Assembly (NCBI RefSeq): GCF_006345805.1
Contig: NC_043002.1
Location: forward strand, 87,420,001-87,484,000
Length of the DNA: 64,000 nucleotides
Reading direction: 5' to 3'
Source: Octopus sinensis
Lineage: Eukaryota
The position numbers were made by a program, and so were the translations under genes. The number at the start of each line of letters is the position of its first letter. The stretch's first letter is position 1. The notes under the pieces were generated by a model. That model saw nothing but the letters and a program-made list of their open reading frames with translations, was not told the origin of the DNA and ran no database searches. This document shows, in pieces, positions 1 to 12,479 of the stretch.

Positions 1-392
1 TTATGAAAGATAACGTGTATATACTAACAAACTCACATACATACAAGCACGCATGCACACACACGCACACATACTCACACAGACAAACACACACACACTT
101 CAGGATACGTATAAACACACATAAGGGTAATAGGTGGGACACATACACATAAATACGTGTTTTACTTAAACGGGTCCAAATAAAGGGCATCATCTACTGG
201 TGAAATTTGCAAACCCTCAACAGATGACAACCTCAACAATTTCTAAAAGTGTTACTTCAGCTAGACATTAAAATTGAGCCTACACCACTAGGTGAACCTA
301 GTTGTCAACAAGTAATGGAAGAAATGTTCGAAAGTTTCCCTGAAAATAGCTCGAAGTTCTCCGGAAACTTTGCAATCTCGATGATATGCGAA

Positions 393-615
393 GGTGGCGA
401 GCTGGCAGAAACGTTAGCACGCAGGGCGAAATGCTTAGCGGTATTACGTCTGCCGTTACGTTGTGAGTTCAAAATCCCGCCGAAGTCGACTTTGCCTTTC
501 ATCCTTTCGGGGTCGATAAATTAAGTACCAGCTACGTACTGGAGTCGATGTAATAGACTTAATACCTATGTTTGTCCCCTCTAAGTTTAGCCCCTTATGA
601 GCAATAAAGAAATAG
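393..615 (+). mobile_element. tRNA-derived SINE, family M (Meta/MESC-like central domain), monomer with tail type A
   Basis: Head GGTGGCGAGCTGGCAGAAACGTTAGC, B-box-like GAGTTCAAAATCC, central GTCGACTTTGCCTTTCATCCTTTCGGGGTCGATAAATTAAGTACCAG; many copies in the window. Domain name is from memory. Confidence 0.85.
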
Positions 616-619
616 ATAT

Positions 620-1150
620 TACATCAAAGTGACTGTAACGGTTTACACAGTGTTAATCTGTCAGACAAAGCTCTACAGGAGAGTTTTACTCCGGCGACTC
701 CTCAACTCTCCCTTCAAAAGGAATTACGGACTCTACCATCCATTAAGTGAAGTCTCCATAAATACTTCTTTTCTATTCATTATAAACACATCCTGAGCCT
801 CCACCGTTTAATTCCTCCCTAAATGTACAAATTCAATACGTCCAAATATTCTGTCGTCTCTACTTCTTCAACTCTTCTTTTAGTCTTTAGACATTCTAAA
901 CTTCTACTCATCATAGACATATCATTTTACAGAGTCATCCCACTCAGAAGCTGTTTAGAAGCTCTCAAATGCTTCAAAGACCTATACTCCTAGCAGCATT
1001 AGTTCTCATTCTCAAGTACATTTTATCTTCTGTTAAGCTCAGCACCATGTTGCAATGCGAATCAAGACGGGTTCAACACAAACACCTTGTTAGACGCATT
1101 GAGTTACAGACATACTTCTTGGTTCACGATCCACCCCAGAGCTGCATGGC
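620..1150 (-). mobile_element. Possible highly degraded RTE-type LINE RT C-terminal remnant
   Basis: Minus-strand frames give fragments such as VCVEPVLIRIATW, SLTEDKMYLRMR, LLSGMTL, which loosely follow the RTE post-RT region; many stops and frameshifts. Confidence 0.3.
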
Positions 1151-1284
1151 TGGTATATTGATGACTGAACAATAGGAGAATGAAAAATCATTGAAATCAT
1201 TGAGAACTCCGTCATACGAACAAACATACAATGACAAACTAGTAATAAATAAATGAATTTACATTAAAATTGAAGTGAACTGCT

Positions 1285-1730
<446 letters not shown>

Positions 1731-2012
1731 GTGTAAATTCGTTTATTATAAATCGTTTATGTGTTGTATATTGTAAATACATTTATTGATGATTGCAAAC
1801 ACGAATTTTAAACTGCTTCCATCTGCATTATTACCATCATTTCCATAAACAATAATGTACAATAGTTTTAAAATGGAATGCTGACAGTCATATAAATAAA
1901 TAATCATTTACTTTCACTCTCTCTCTTCCCCTCTCTCTCACACACACACAGTCTCCTTCGCTCTTGTTAGTTCTTTGATAATTGTATTTATCTTTCTTTT
2001 TTTTATTTTACT

Positions 2013-2020
2013 GCCATTTG

Positions 2021-2105
<85 letters not shown>

Positions 2106-2130
2106 GTCTGTCTGTCTGTATGTATGTCTG

Positions 2131-2218
<88 letters not shown>
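2013..2218. repeat. (TATC)n/(TCTG)n microsatellite
   Basis: Directly visible. Confidence 0.95.
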
Positions 2219-2354
2219 GTAATTATTCATTTACAACATTCTATTATTTATTAGATGCGTATGTTTTAAGTTCATAATTATAAATGAATAGTTCTGTACA
2301 ACGGTATATCAACAGAGTATCTAGACAATTTTAGCATTATTTCTTTACTATATA

Positions 2355-2544
2355 TAAATGTGTACGCATGTGTGTGTGTGCGTGCGTGCGTGTGTATGTG
2401 TGCGTGCGTGTGTGTGTATGTGTGTGTGTGTGTACGTGTGCTTTTGCGTGTATTTCTAATTGTGCTTGTTTGTTTCTTCGTTTCTTCGTTTTCGGTTCTC
2501 CTTCCATCTCTTTCTCATCTTACATGCACACACACACATACACG

Positions 2545-2586
<42 letters not shown>
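2355..2586. repeat. (TG)n and (CA)n tracts
   Basis: Directly visible. Confidence 0.9.
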
Positions 2587-2590
<4 letters not shown>

Positions 2591-2603
2591 TTTACGTAAA
2601 GTC

Positions 2604-2851
2604 GAGACACAGAAAATGGAGTTCACGAGTATCTTTACTCAAAACCACTACAATCGTTTTGACTAATCATGCATCTGTACCTTACAGGTGAGATGCTACA
2701 CAATCATGTCATGATTAATAAGTGCATATGCATCTCCTCAAGTGACGTTTGAAATAAGTACCATCTCACCTGTAAGGTACGGTACATAGTGAGTGGAAAC
2801 GATTGTAGTGGTTGTGAATAAAATGTCTCGTGAATTCCATTCCTGTCTCTC
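2604..2851. repeat. Foldback inverted repeat (~95-bp arms, ~59-nt spacer), MITE-like
   Basis: 2604-2698 (..ATGGAGTTCACGAG..ACCACTACAATCGTTT..GTACCTTACAGGTGAGATG) is the imperfect reverse complement of 2758-2851. Confidence 0.85.
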
Positions 2852-3029
2852 ATCTTTTTTTTTTTTATATAAAGTCAACACACACAAAAGGATTTCCGAA
2901 ATTAATCCAGTGGCATATATAATACAATACTGTTGCTGACATCGGCTAGATGAATACTGTGGACGAGCTTCGAACAGCATACTGCATGTGTTTACCCCTG
3001 TATAGAATTATATAAAATGTATTACTATG

Positions 3030-3076
3030 AATATATATATATATATATTATAATATATATATTATATATATATATA

Positions 3077-3108
<32 letters not shown>

Positions 3109-3178
3109 GTATATATATATTATATATATATATATGTATATATATATATGTATATATATATATATGTATATATATATG

Positions 3179-3231
<53 letters not shown>

Positions 3232-3459
3232 GTATATGTATATATATATATATGCATATATATATGCATATATATATATCTATATATATATATATATATA
3301 TAGATATATATATATTATATATATATATATAAACATGTGTGTGTGTTTGTGTGTGTATAAGTTCTGGTCGATTTGTTCGACTAAAGGCGGTGCCCCTGCA
3401 TGGCCGCAGTCAAATGACTGAAGCAAATAAAAGAATATGTACGTATGTATGTATCTCTC

Positions 3460-3540
<81 letters not shown>

Positions 3541-3550
3541 TATACACACG
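3030..3550. repeat. (TA)n and (CT)n arrays containing a 3' fragment of a family C SINE (about 3358-3432, +)
   Basis: GGTCGATTTGTTCGACTAAAGGCGGTGCCCCTGCATGGCCGCAGTCAAATGACTGAAGCAAATAAAAG matches the tail of full copies at 20058 and 55449. Confidence 0.85.
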
Positions 3551-4127
3551 CGAGGTAGTATAAAAATGTTCCCGGACTAGTTTTGTAGAGCGCCAACGGA
3601 TGGCAGCAAAAGATTCTGAGTGTAGTGGGAACTAGCAGTGGCCATTATGAGGCTGTGTGCCGAGCGACATCGTTGTTTTTACTTCGCGAGTTCTGTTTTA
3701 GTGCTGTAGTTTTCGTCATGGATAGGAAGTCGGAACAAAAAGCCAACGTGAAATTTTGCATTAAATTTGAATAGTTTGCCACAGAGATATTGAGCATGCT
3801 TCGCTAAGCTTACAACGACGAAGTAATGGGCAGTGGCGAATCTACAATATTGAGGCCCTGAAGCTTAAAATGTTATGGGGGCCTCTTTACAACCAGCAAC
3901 AGTAAAATAGCATCCAACAAGGCTTAGAGAATTTTCGTGCGCTTGGAAAGAACTCCAGCTTGAAGCCCTGGTAGCCTAAATGATGGATTTGGGATGTGAA
4001 GTCCTTAAAAATACGTCTGAAAGTGAGCGCTATTTCTACCAGAAACGAGGTGTGGGTAATCACCGACATCTTTGTCGATGTGGTTGTTCCATGGTAGATT
4101 ACTACAAATATTTTCTATGTATTACTA

Positions 4128-4201
<74 letters not shown>

Positions 4202-4505
4202 TATACATATATATATACATATATACTTTTAGAATTATGGGGATTCAAACTTAAAGGAGCGTTATATATATGATGAATCATTAATATACATATGAAAATA
4301 GCAAAATTCTCCTGTTTTTTGAACAACAGTTTTGTCATATGATAGCTTCCTTGCAATGTCATTTTCTAGAGACACTATGCATGAGGAATTTAAGCGCTCT
4401 TCAGTCATCATGGACCGAAATTTATTCTTAAGAAAAGAAAACTTTGAGGAACTCCTTTCTGCTTCACACCTAGCGATAGGCATTGTCAAGTACAAGGGAC
4501 ACTTC

Positions 4506-4900
4506 GGCGGCGCGCTGGCAGAAACGTTAGCACGCCGGGCGAAATGCTTAGCAGTATTTCGTCTGCCGCTACGTTCTGAATTCAAGTTCCGCCGAGGTCA
4601 ACTTTGCCTTTCATCCTTTCGGGGTCAATTGAATAAGTACCAGTTACGCACTGGGTCGATATAATCGACTTAATCCGTTTGTCTGTCCTTGTTTGTCCTC
4701 TCTGTGTTTCGCCCCTTGTGGGTAGTAAAGAAATGCGTATTTCGTCTGTCTTTACTTTCTGAGTTCAAATTCCGCCAAGGTTGACTTTGCCGTTCATCCT
4801 TTGGAGGTCGATAAATTAAGTACCAGTTGCGTACTGGGGTCGATCTAGCCCTTCTCCCAAAATTTCGGGCCTTGTGCCTAGAGTAGAAAAGAATATTATG
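4506..4900 (+). mobile_element. Family M SINE dimer (full unit with tail A + headless unit with tail B)
   Basis: Two central domains in tandem; probable TSD GGGACACTTC (4496-4505) / GGGATACTTC (4901-4910). Confidence 0.9.
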
Positions 4901-6065
4901 GGGATACTTCAGTTAGTTGTTGTTGAAGGACTTCTGTGCGTTGCATTTTAGATGGTGTGTTTTCTTCTGTGTTCCATGATTTTCTTAGGTGTAAATATTC
5001 CTTGAACTGATAACACTCATTTATTCATTTGTAGTCAATATCGTCTTTGTAATACGATATTAAAAGTTTGATACTGTTCTCATCAAATTCTGAATTGTTC
5101 ATCAATTCTGGAAGAAACTTGAAACTTTTCGCAATCTGCTCACATGGGTCCATCTTCTTGCTTAACTGGATTATCAAGCAGTCATAGACTTGATTTGAAA
5201 TTCTATCCTAAATTTTTCAACCCATTTCAAAGAAGCCTTATCATTTGTTCTAATTTCTTTGTAACAATGCATTTGGAAACATCAGAATAATTTGAGGTGA
5301 TATATTTACATAGACTTTTTGCTACTGATTCATAGTGTGCAATCCTGTCAGCTGAATTTTCCCACAGTTCTTCAACAAATGAAAGCAAAGATGCTAACAG
5401 AAGGTAACCTTCAAATACATTAAAACCAGGGTTTGTAGTTCTTTACTTGTTTTGTTAAAATGCTCCATAACTTCTTCCCAAACGACTGTCAAAATAGCAT
5501 ATTCCAATTTTACCAACTTGTGGTATAAATTCTTTGCATCTCGCTTACATTCAGGCTCCTCTTCTGTGTCTTTAAACATATGTTTGAGTGTTTGTAAAAT
5601 ATCCCTATATCCTTTTTAATTGCTCGGACTGCTTCATAGTGTGCAGACCATCTGGTTACACATAAGTTCTTTGAGAAAAGGCCATATTGCCATGTGTGTT
5701 CAAAATCCTTCATCTTCGAGGGGATTCAGAAAAGAAACTATACAGTTGCCGCAAGATGCCAAAATAGTTAACAACTTCAGGTACAGGAGACACTGCCTTT
5801 TCGCAAACAAGGGTGTGTGAATGGCTTGCACATGGTACATAGTATGCATACTTGTTAATGATTTTAAGACGTTCTTGCAGCCGTTTCTCCAAGCCCTTCA
5901 TGCTGCAAGCATTATCGTACGACTGACCACGGATATTTTCAAGTGAAAGCTTATGCTCCTCCAGAAATTGTTATTTTGTTGAATAAGGTCGTAGATGAAT
6001 GTTTATCTATTTGCAAAAATGCTAGAAATCTCTTACACCGTTTTCCATTACAACAGTATCGAACT

Positions 6066-6449
6066 GTGGAGGCGCAATGGCCCAGTGGTTAGGGTAGCGG
6101 ACTCGCGGTCGTAGGATCGTGGTTTCGATTCCCAGACCGGGCGTTGTGAGTGTTTATTGAGCGAAAATACCTAAAGCTTACGAGGCTCCGGCAGGGATGG
6201 TGGTGATCCCTGCTGTACTCTTTCACCACAACTTTCTCTCACTCTTACTTCCTGTTTCTGTTGTACCTGTATTTCAAAGGGCCGGCCTTGTCACTCTCTG
6301 TGTCACGCTGAATATCCCCGAGAAGTACGTTAAGGGTACACGTGTCTGTGGAGTGCTCAGCCACTTACACGTTCATTTCACGAGCAGGCTGTTCCGTTGA
6401 TCGGATCAACCGGAACCCTCGTTGTCGTAACCGACGGAGTGCTTCCATT
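6066..6449 (+). mobile_element. tRNA-derived SINE, family K, full length
   Basis: A box TGGCCCAGTGG, B box GGTTTCGATTCC; perfect 11-bp TSD AGTATCGAACT (6055-6065, 6450-6460); near-identical copy at 61165-61547. Confidence 0.92.
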
Positions 6450-8810
6450 AGTATCGAACTACAATTACATTGAACTCAGGTGTAGAGTCAACAATAATTG
6501 TAGTAAACAAGCGTAGAATTAGGTGTAGAGTCAACAGTAATTGAGTAGTATTTGATATCTTGGTTATTGGTGTGATTCTCCACTTCACCTTTAACATGTT
6601 TTCCAATGATTTCTATCACTTCCTCTTACACAGATTTGGATAGGTAAGTAATATTTACTTTTTCATTTTTGCATTTCTCTAAATGTTCATATAAAAATGG
6701 GTCAAATTCCGCAATAAACTCAGTAGCTCCCCGCCATGAAATTTCCATTGTTTGGGGAGCTCCACTTTTCCTCACGACCTCTTTCACTTAAAAATTTCAT
6801 AACTGCTACAACTCTTTTTAGCACTTCAAAATAGTACTGCATGTTTTTTTCTCAAATGTTCCTCAAGTTGCTGATCCGCAGTGGTTTTATTTGACTTTCG
6901 TGTTAGCCAGTTCAACATCGCCATTATGTTCCATGCTGTCTTCATGATTTTCTAGAGTTCTGAGTATATTCATCCAATCAGAAAATCCACCCGTTGCAAG
7001 TGATATTTGACATTTAGAAAAGAGTTTTCTCTTTGAGTAAACAAACCAGGATCTCATCACAGTCTGGCAATTTTTCATTCTTTTTTTCAAAGTACTTGTC
7101 TGAAAAACTTCGATTTTGCTGTTTGTAAATCTTGTTGGATACAGTATATACATTATCTGGCTTTTTATTCTGAAAAGAACTTATGTCTTGCTTTAAACAG
7201 TTTTATATTAAATCATTATCAATTGTTATGGGCCAGTTTGCCAGGTCACTGTATTCTTTGAAATCGTTAAATTTGCTTCCTCTTTCTGCTCTCTCTTTTT
7301 TTGAAGTTCTTGATCACTGTGATCATCATCTGCACCAAAAGTGTCAACAGTAGGTTGATTATTGCTAAACAGAGCATTCGTGGTTTGTGCAGTATCGTTG
7401 ACTTCACTGGTGCCTGCATGGCTTGTTTAAGTTGCAGGTGATGTCAATTGTAAAGTAATTTGACATTGTAAAGTAGTTTGATAGTTTTTGACATTTAGAA
7501 GTTTCATTAGATTGCTTTCCTTTGAGTTGGCGTTTCTGGTATCCGCTTAAGTACTTTCTTGAAGACATTGCTATTCCTCTTGGAGCCTAGACTTCTGAGA
7601 AAAAATATTGGGGTAATATTTTCATTAGCCACAGCGAGACAGAGATCGATCAAGATAAGGGTCCACAACTTAACATATAGTCATAAATGAAGAATTGTTA
7701 ATTTTGTACAAGGTGATATTCAAACAATTTTTAAAGTAGAAAAAATGCTTTGTTAATGAACAGATTGTAAGTCAAAAATTTGGGAGACACACTCTTTCAT
7801 TGGTCATTGAATAATGGTGTGAAAATAAGAATTCTTATCTCTATCGGGCTGATGTAGTAGTAGACATATTTGACAATAGGAGGGACAGGGTCGAAGTTTC
7901 CAAACTAATTCAAGTAAAGCAAATTATCTGCAAGTCATTTGTACTTTATATTTTTTTAATGCTACTCCACTCCGGCAGAAACAACAGGTGGCTAGACACT
8001 GTGTGTCTAGACTCTGAATAGGAGTATGATATGACGTCCACTAAGACTGGTAACAGTAATCTGCATGGCAAAATACAAAAGCAAAAAATTGGTAGAATGA
8101 AAAAATTAAGTTGCTTCAGAGGGGCCTCTCCGAGATTAGGGGCCCTGAAATTTAAGCATTATTAGTTTTATTGTAGATCCATTATGATAATGTGTCGTAC
8201 ACAATGTTTAGGCAACACAGGCGCTTCAAAAGCGGGAGAAAGTCTCCAGAACACAATGAAGGGTCGCATGACTTGTCACGAGCGTCACCCTCAGAAATGT
8301 AGTATTGTGCTTCGAGAATTTGTCCACCAGGGTCAGGCCATCAATCAAGGGTCCTGCTGCGACGTTTTGAAGTGTTTGAGGGAGGAAATTCGATGAAAGT
8401 GATCAGATTTGTGGAGTACAAATAATTGGTTTCTTCACCGAAGGCTCCTAACCTATCACCAAGCACTCTTCGCTCGTGAGTTTCTCGCCAAAAACCAACA
8501 TGTTATCACTTTGGCACCCGTCCTATTCCCCAGATTTCGCACTTACGGGCTTCCATCTCTTCCCCAAGATGAAAATGCAGCTCAAAGGTTGCCGTTTTAA
8601 CAACGTTGTCGAGATCCAAGCGAATCGCAGAAGGTCCTCGACTCGCTTACTGAAAACGACTTCCAGACTGGATTCCAAAAGTGGGAGGAATGCTGGGAAC
8701 GGTGTATTGCTGCGCAAGGTGACTATTTTGAAGAGATGATGTTAAAACTTAGGTAAATAAATTATTTTTTATTAAACATAACTAGTCCGAGAACCTTTTA
8801 ATACTACCTC

Positions 8811-8847
<37 letters not shown>

Positions 8848-9364
8848 TGTGCATGTGATTGCGCGCGCGTGTATAGTTTTATGTAGAGATGGTCATTTTC
8901 TATGCCAAATAATCACACACACACTAATACACTATATATTCCTTCTTCGCACCAGCTTTATTATTGCTTCATTTTAGTGCCCTTTGTCTGAAATCTTTCG
9001 TTACACACCCTATGACCACTTGAGCGACACTCCATCCCACGTGTTTCTACCTGTTCTGTTTTGTTCATTCAGGAATCTTGCTAAACAAATACATAAGCAA
9101 TAATTAGACGACAATGAATGCTTGTGCTAATACAACCAATATATAGAGAGCTTCTGCCTTAAAATGCTAAAATGTTAGAAACCTTATTATTCTTCTATTT
9201 TGTATGTAAGGCTACTCTTATGTCATATATCTTTTCTGTGAGAAGACAGAACATGTCAAAATACTTCGCACATATGTTTTCTTTATCTTCTTTTCACACC
9301 TTAACTGCTTTCTACATATATGCGTAGAAGCATAAAATAACTTATACATACACACATAGCTCAC

Positions 9365-9423
9365 GAACACGCTCGAAGATGTCAACACCCTGTCATACGC
9401 ACGTTCTTTATACGGACGCACGC
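9365..9423 (-). CDS. Candidate small coding exon (phase 1 to 0), unidentified protein
   Basis: aacag|GC..TTC|gtgagc; the only open frame (G)VRPYKERAYDRVLTSSSVF is phase-compatible with the candidate exon at 12480-13077. Short, so chance is not excluded. Confidence 0.2.
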
Positions 9424-10551
9424 CTGTTCATATATAAAATTGATAGAAAGATACTTATAAAAAAATATGGAAATGATGGTGCTGAAGCAATGAACTGAGG
9501 TGGATGGGAGATGGATAAAGGATAAATAGTTTTTGCTGATGAATGTTAAATAGCGATATTGATGATAAGAATTGTTTCTTTATCCCTTGAACACGAAATA
9601 CATATTATAAATGCATGTGATAAGAATAATAAATTTATAAATATATGCATTTATAAAAATGCGCAAATACATATAAATAAAAATTTATATAAATATAAAA
9701 TTTGAATAAAAAACACGTGGCGAAGTAAATCAAAATCGCTTATAATGGACTGAAAAATGAAGGTGAACTGAAGCAAGATGGATTTAAAATAAAATAAAAA
9801 TGACCTGGTAATCAAAATAGTATTAAGTAAAGCGAGTAAAGTAAGAAACCGTTCTAAAGGACTTAACAAGAGTCCTCTGTAGGGGAATTTACGAAAGTTA
9901 ACAAAAATACATGTAAAGATTCACGGCAGATGCATTTTATCGTTTATTTCGTAATTTAACACTCAAAAGCCATTTTCATTTATTCTTTAGCCATCATACA
10001 TTCATCTGTATTCATTGCTCCATCACCTTAATGGAATTTCATTCTTCTATAATTTTTTTTATATATATATATATATATCATTCTATCAGTCTCGCATTCG
10101 TGCGAGTTTTACTTATTGACTGAACTTGCATCCGTATGAAAGCATTGTACTTTTACATAGGAGTGTGTATATATGAGAATTGGCGTGTATCAGTGTGTGT
10201 GGGTGAGTGTGATTATATGCGAGTATGAAGAATCCTTATGTAAGACTGAAAGGTTTTGTAAGTTTTCTTAAGCAATCCAACAACAAAGCAAAAACGTATC
10301 ATACACCCAAAGCTCGAATGCAAAATATAAGAACACGCGAGTTATTCCCAACGTTTAATGAGGATTGAGCTGTCAAAAAATTGGGGGGAAAACGATAAAG
10401 GCAGTTTTCACATAACAATATATTTATGACAATAATGAATATGCGCACACGCAGGTGTATGCATGTGGACATATATATACATACATCCATGATAATACTT
10501 AATGGAAGCAGCAAAGTGATTCAAGGTCTGAGAGTTTCGTACACTGGCAAC

Positions 10552-10617
<66 letters not shown>

Positions 10618-10655
10618 AAGATAGATAGATAGACAGATAGATAGAAAGATAGATA

Positions 10656-11036
10656 GGTGAGCTAGCAGAAACGTTAGCACGCCGGGCAAAATGCTTGGCG
10701 GTATTTCGTCTGCCGCTACGTTCTGGGTTCAAATTCCGCCGAGGTCGACTTTGCCTTTCATCCTTTCGGGATCGATTGAATAAGTATCAGTTACGCACTG
10801 GGGTCGATATAATCGACTTCATCCGTTTGTCTGTCCTTGTTTGTCCTCTCTGTATTTAGCCCCTTGTAGGTGGTAAAGAAATAGGTATTTCGCCTGTCTT
10901 TACGTTCTGAGTTCAAATACCGCCGAGATCGACTTTGCCTTTCATCCTTTCGGTGTCTATAAATTGAGTACCGTTTGCATACTGGGGTCAATCTAATCGA
11001 CTGGATCCCTCCCCCAAAATTTTGCCTAGAGTAGAA
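10656..11036 (+). mobile_element. Family M SINE dimer (A + headless B)
   Basis: Same architecture and junction (GTAAAGAAATA|GGTATTTCG) as 4506-4900. Confidence 0.9.
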
Positions 11037-11043
11037 CAGTGTA

Positions 11044-11078
<35 letters not shown>

Positions 11079-11121
11079 GGATAAAATCTTTATAAGATTC
11101 CATCACGTAGCCAGCATGTAA

Positions 11122-11517
11122 TCTTTATATATAAAAGAGAGGTTGTGTGTTTGTCTCCTACGATTTAGATTCCTAACTACACCCACATTTTGCGGTGCAG
11201 TTTAACCAAAACCGGGTATCTTATAGTCGTGATTCATATCAAGCCCTTCTGAGTATTAGCGCGCGTCTACGATGAGTCTACGATAAAAAAAAAATTACCA
11301 TAATTTTTTTCCATTTAAATGCATTTTTTTCGCTATTATATAAGGGAAGTAACTCTCTAAAAATGTCTACGATGAGTCAACGATTTAAAAAAAATTTACC
11401 ATCATTTTTTCCCCATTTTTATTGCATTTTTTTACTAATTTTTGGCTATAACTCTCTAAAAATGCTTATATAGTTATTTCCCTTACAAACTCGAGCAACG
11501 CCGGGCGATACTGCTAG
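11122..11517 (+). mobile_element. Non-autonomous Helitron
   Basis: Inserted between A (11121) and T (11518); 5' TCTTTATATATAAAAG; 3' GC-rich hairpin remnant CTCGAGCAACGCCGGG then CTAG; internal tandem duplication of CTACGATGAGTC(T/A)ACGAT-poly(A) block. Confidence 0.8.
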
Positions 11518-11576
11518 TATAATTATATAGGTAACAATTAATACAAAATATATACTTATACAAGTATAACTTTGAT

Positions 11577-11820
11577 AAGGACATTAATGAGTAGCGCCAC
11601 ATACTAGAAATAGACGACAAACGGGTCTAAGTACTACATTATTTATTCCATTAGGAGGGGTTGAAAGCGAGAGAAATCGATCTCTGATTAAACCCGTTTC
11701 TAAAAAATCGTCTTTGTTCACTTCCCTCACTTTCAACCCGTGCAAATGGGGTAAATAATGTAGTTCTTAGAGCCATTAGGCGTCTATTTCTAGCATGTGG
11801 CGCTAATCATTAATGCCCTT
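11577..11820. repeat. Foldback element (~100-bp imperfect inverted arms); its right half is repeated directly at ~12153-12300
   Basis: 11577-11676 is the reverse complement of ~11719-11820; TTTGTTCACTTCCCTC..CTATTTCTAGC..GTGGCGCTA recurs at 12190-12272. Confidence 0.8.
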
Positions 11821-12314
11821 ATTATTATATTTATATAGTTATATCTTTTGTATTATTTGTTACCTATAGAGTTTTATTACATGCTAGCTACTTGATAAAA
11901 TCTTAAGATTTTATCCTTGATTATATTTAAATATAAATTACTCCTACCAATATATTCACTCTAGTTTCATTTTTAGTTGTATACGCACGTGGTTGGGGCG
12001 AATGGATTAGATTTAGCTTGTATATGAATGTGAACACTTGTATATGCGCTAATGGATACGTGTTATTCGGATGGGTGTGTATAAATGTTTATGATTATGC
12101 ATACTGTTTTATACTATACTGATGACGGTAAAGAGATTTACATCCCTAAACTAGAAATCGATTTATGGTTAAACCCTTAAAAAAAATTCTTTGTTCACTT
12201 CCCTCGCTTTCAACCCGTGCTAATGGAGTTCTTAGAGCCATTTGGCGTCTATTTCTAGCACGTGGCGCTACTCGTTAGTGCCTTTCTTATAATTATATTT
12301 ATATAATTATGTTT

Positions 12315-12373
<59 letters not shown>

Positions 12374-12479
12374 CTGTTTAAGAATCCATGTTAGAAAAGT
12401 TATGCACTGGTATATTTGTCAAGAGATTGGGTATATTATTCAGTGTACAATATTCTATATCCGTTACAGCCAATCTTAC

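Larger units (their letters stand above)
4300..7568 (-). pseudogene. hAT transposase pseudogene (TTF-type zinc finger, catalytic region, C-terminal dimerisation domain)
   Basis: MSSRKYLSGYQKR start; RSWFVYS..LATGGFSDW..HEDSMEH; IIVDSTP; RGQSYDNA..YVPCASHS; CVTRWSAHYEAV; LTMPIARCEAERSSSKFSFLKNKFRSMMTEERL. Interrupted by two SINEs, stops and frameshifts. Confidence 0.9.
3831..8186 (-). mobile_element. hAT-superfamily DNA transposon (full-length, decayed)
   Basis: Ends CAGTGGCGAATCTACAAT / ATTGTAGATCCATTATG; degenerate 8-bp TSD GTAATGGG (3823-3830) / ATAATGTG (8187-8194); transposase motifs on the minus strand. Confidence 0.9.
3551..8811 (+). mobile_element. Mariner (Tc1/mariner) DNA transposon, internally deleted and split by a nested hAT element
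   Basis: ~31-bp TIRs CGAGGTAGTATAAAAATGTTCCCGGACTAGT / ACTAGTCCGAGAACCTTTTAATACTACCTCG followed by TA; N-terminus MDRKSEQKANVKFCIK..AYNDEVMG continues after 8194 as RTQC..HRRFKSGRKS; C-terminal HPSYSPDF..FHLFPKMKMQLKGCRF. Confidence 0.9.

Noticed and set aside
6066-6140. tRNA genes at SINE heads (also 17041, 20058, 56755, 61470)
   Set aside because: A/B boxes are present but continue into SINE bodies with TSDs; no complete cloverleaf.
12118-12165. CTGATGA..GAAA as a hammerhead
   Set aside because: No convincing stem II or stem I pairing.
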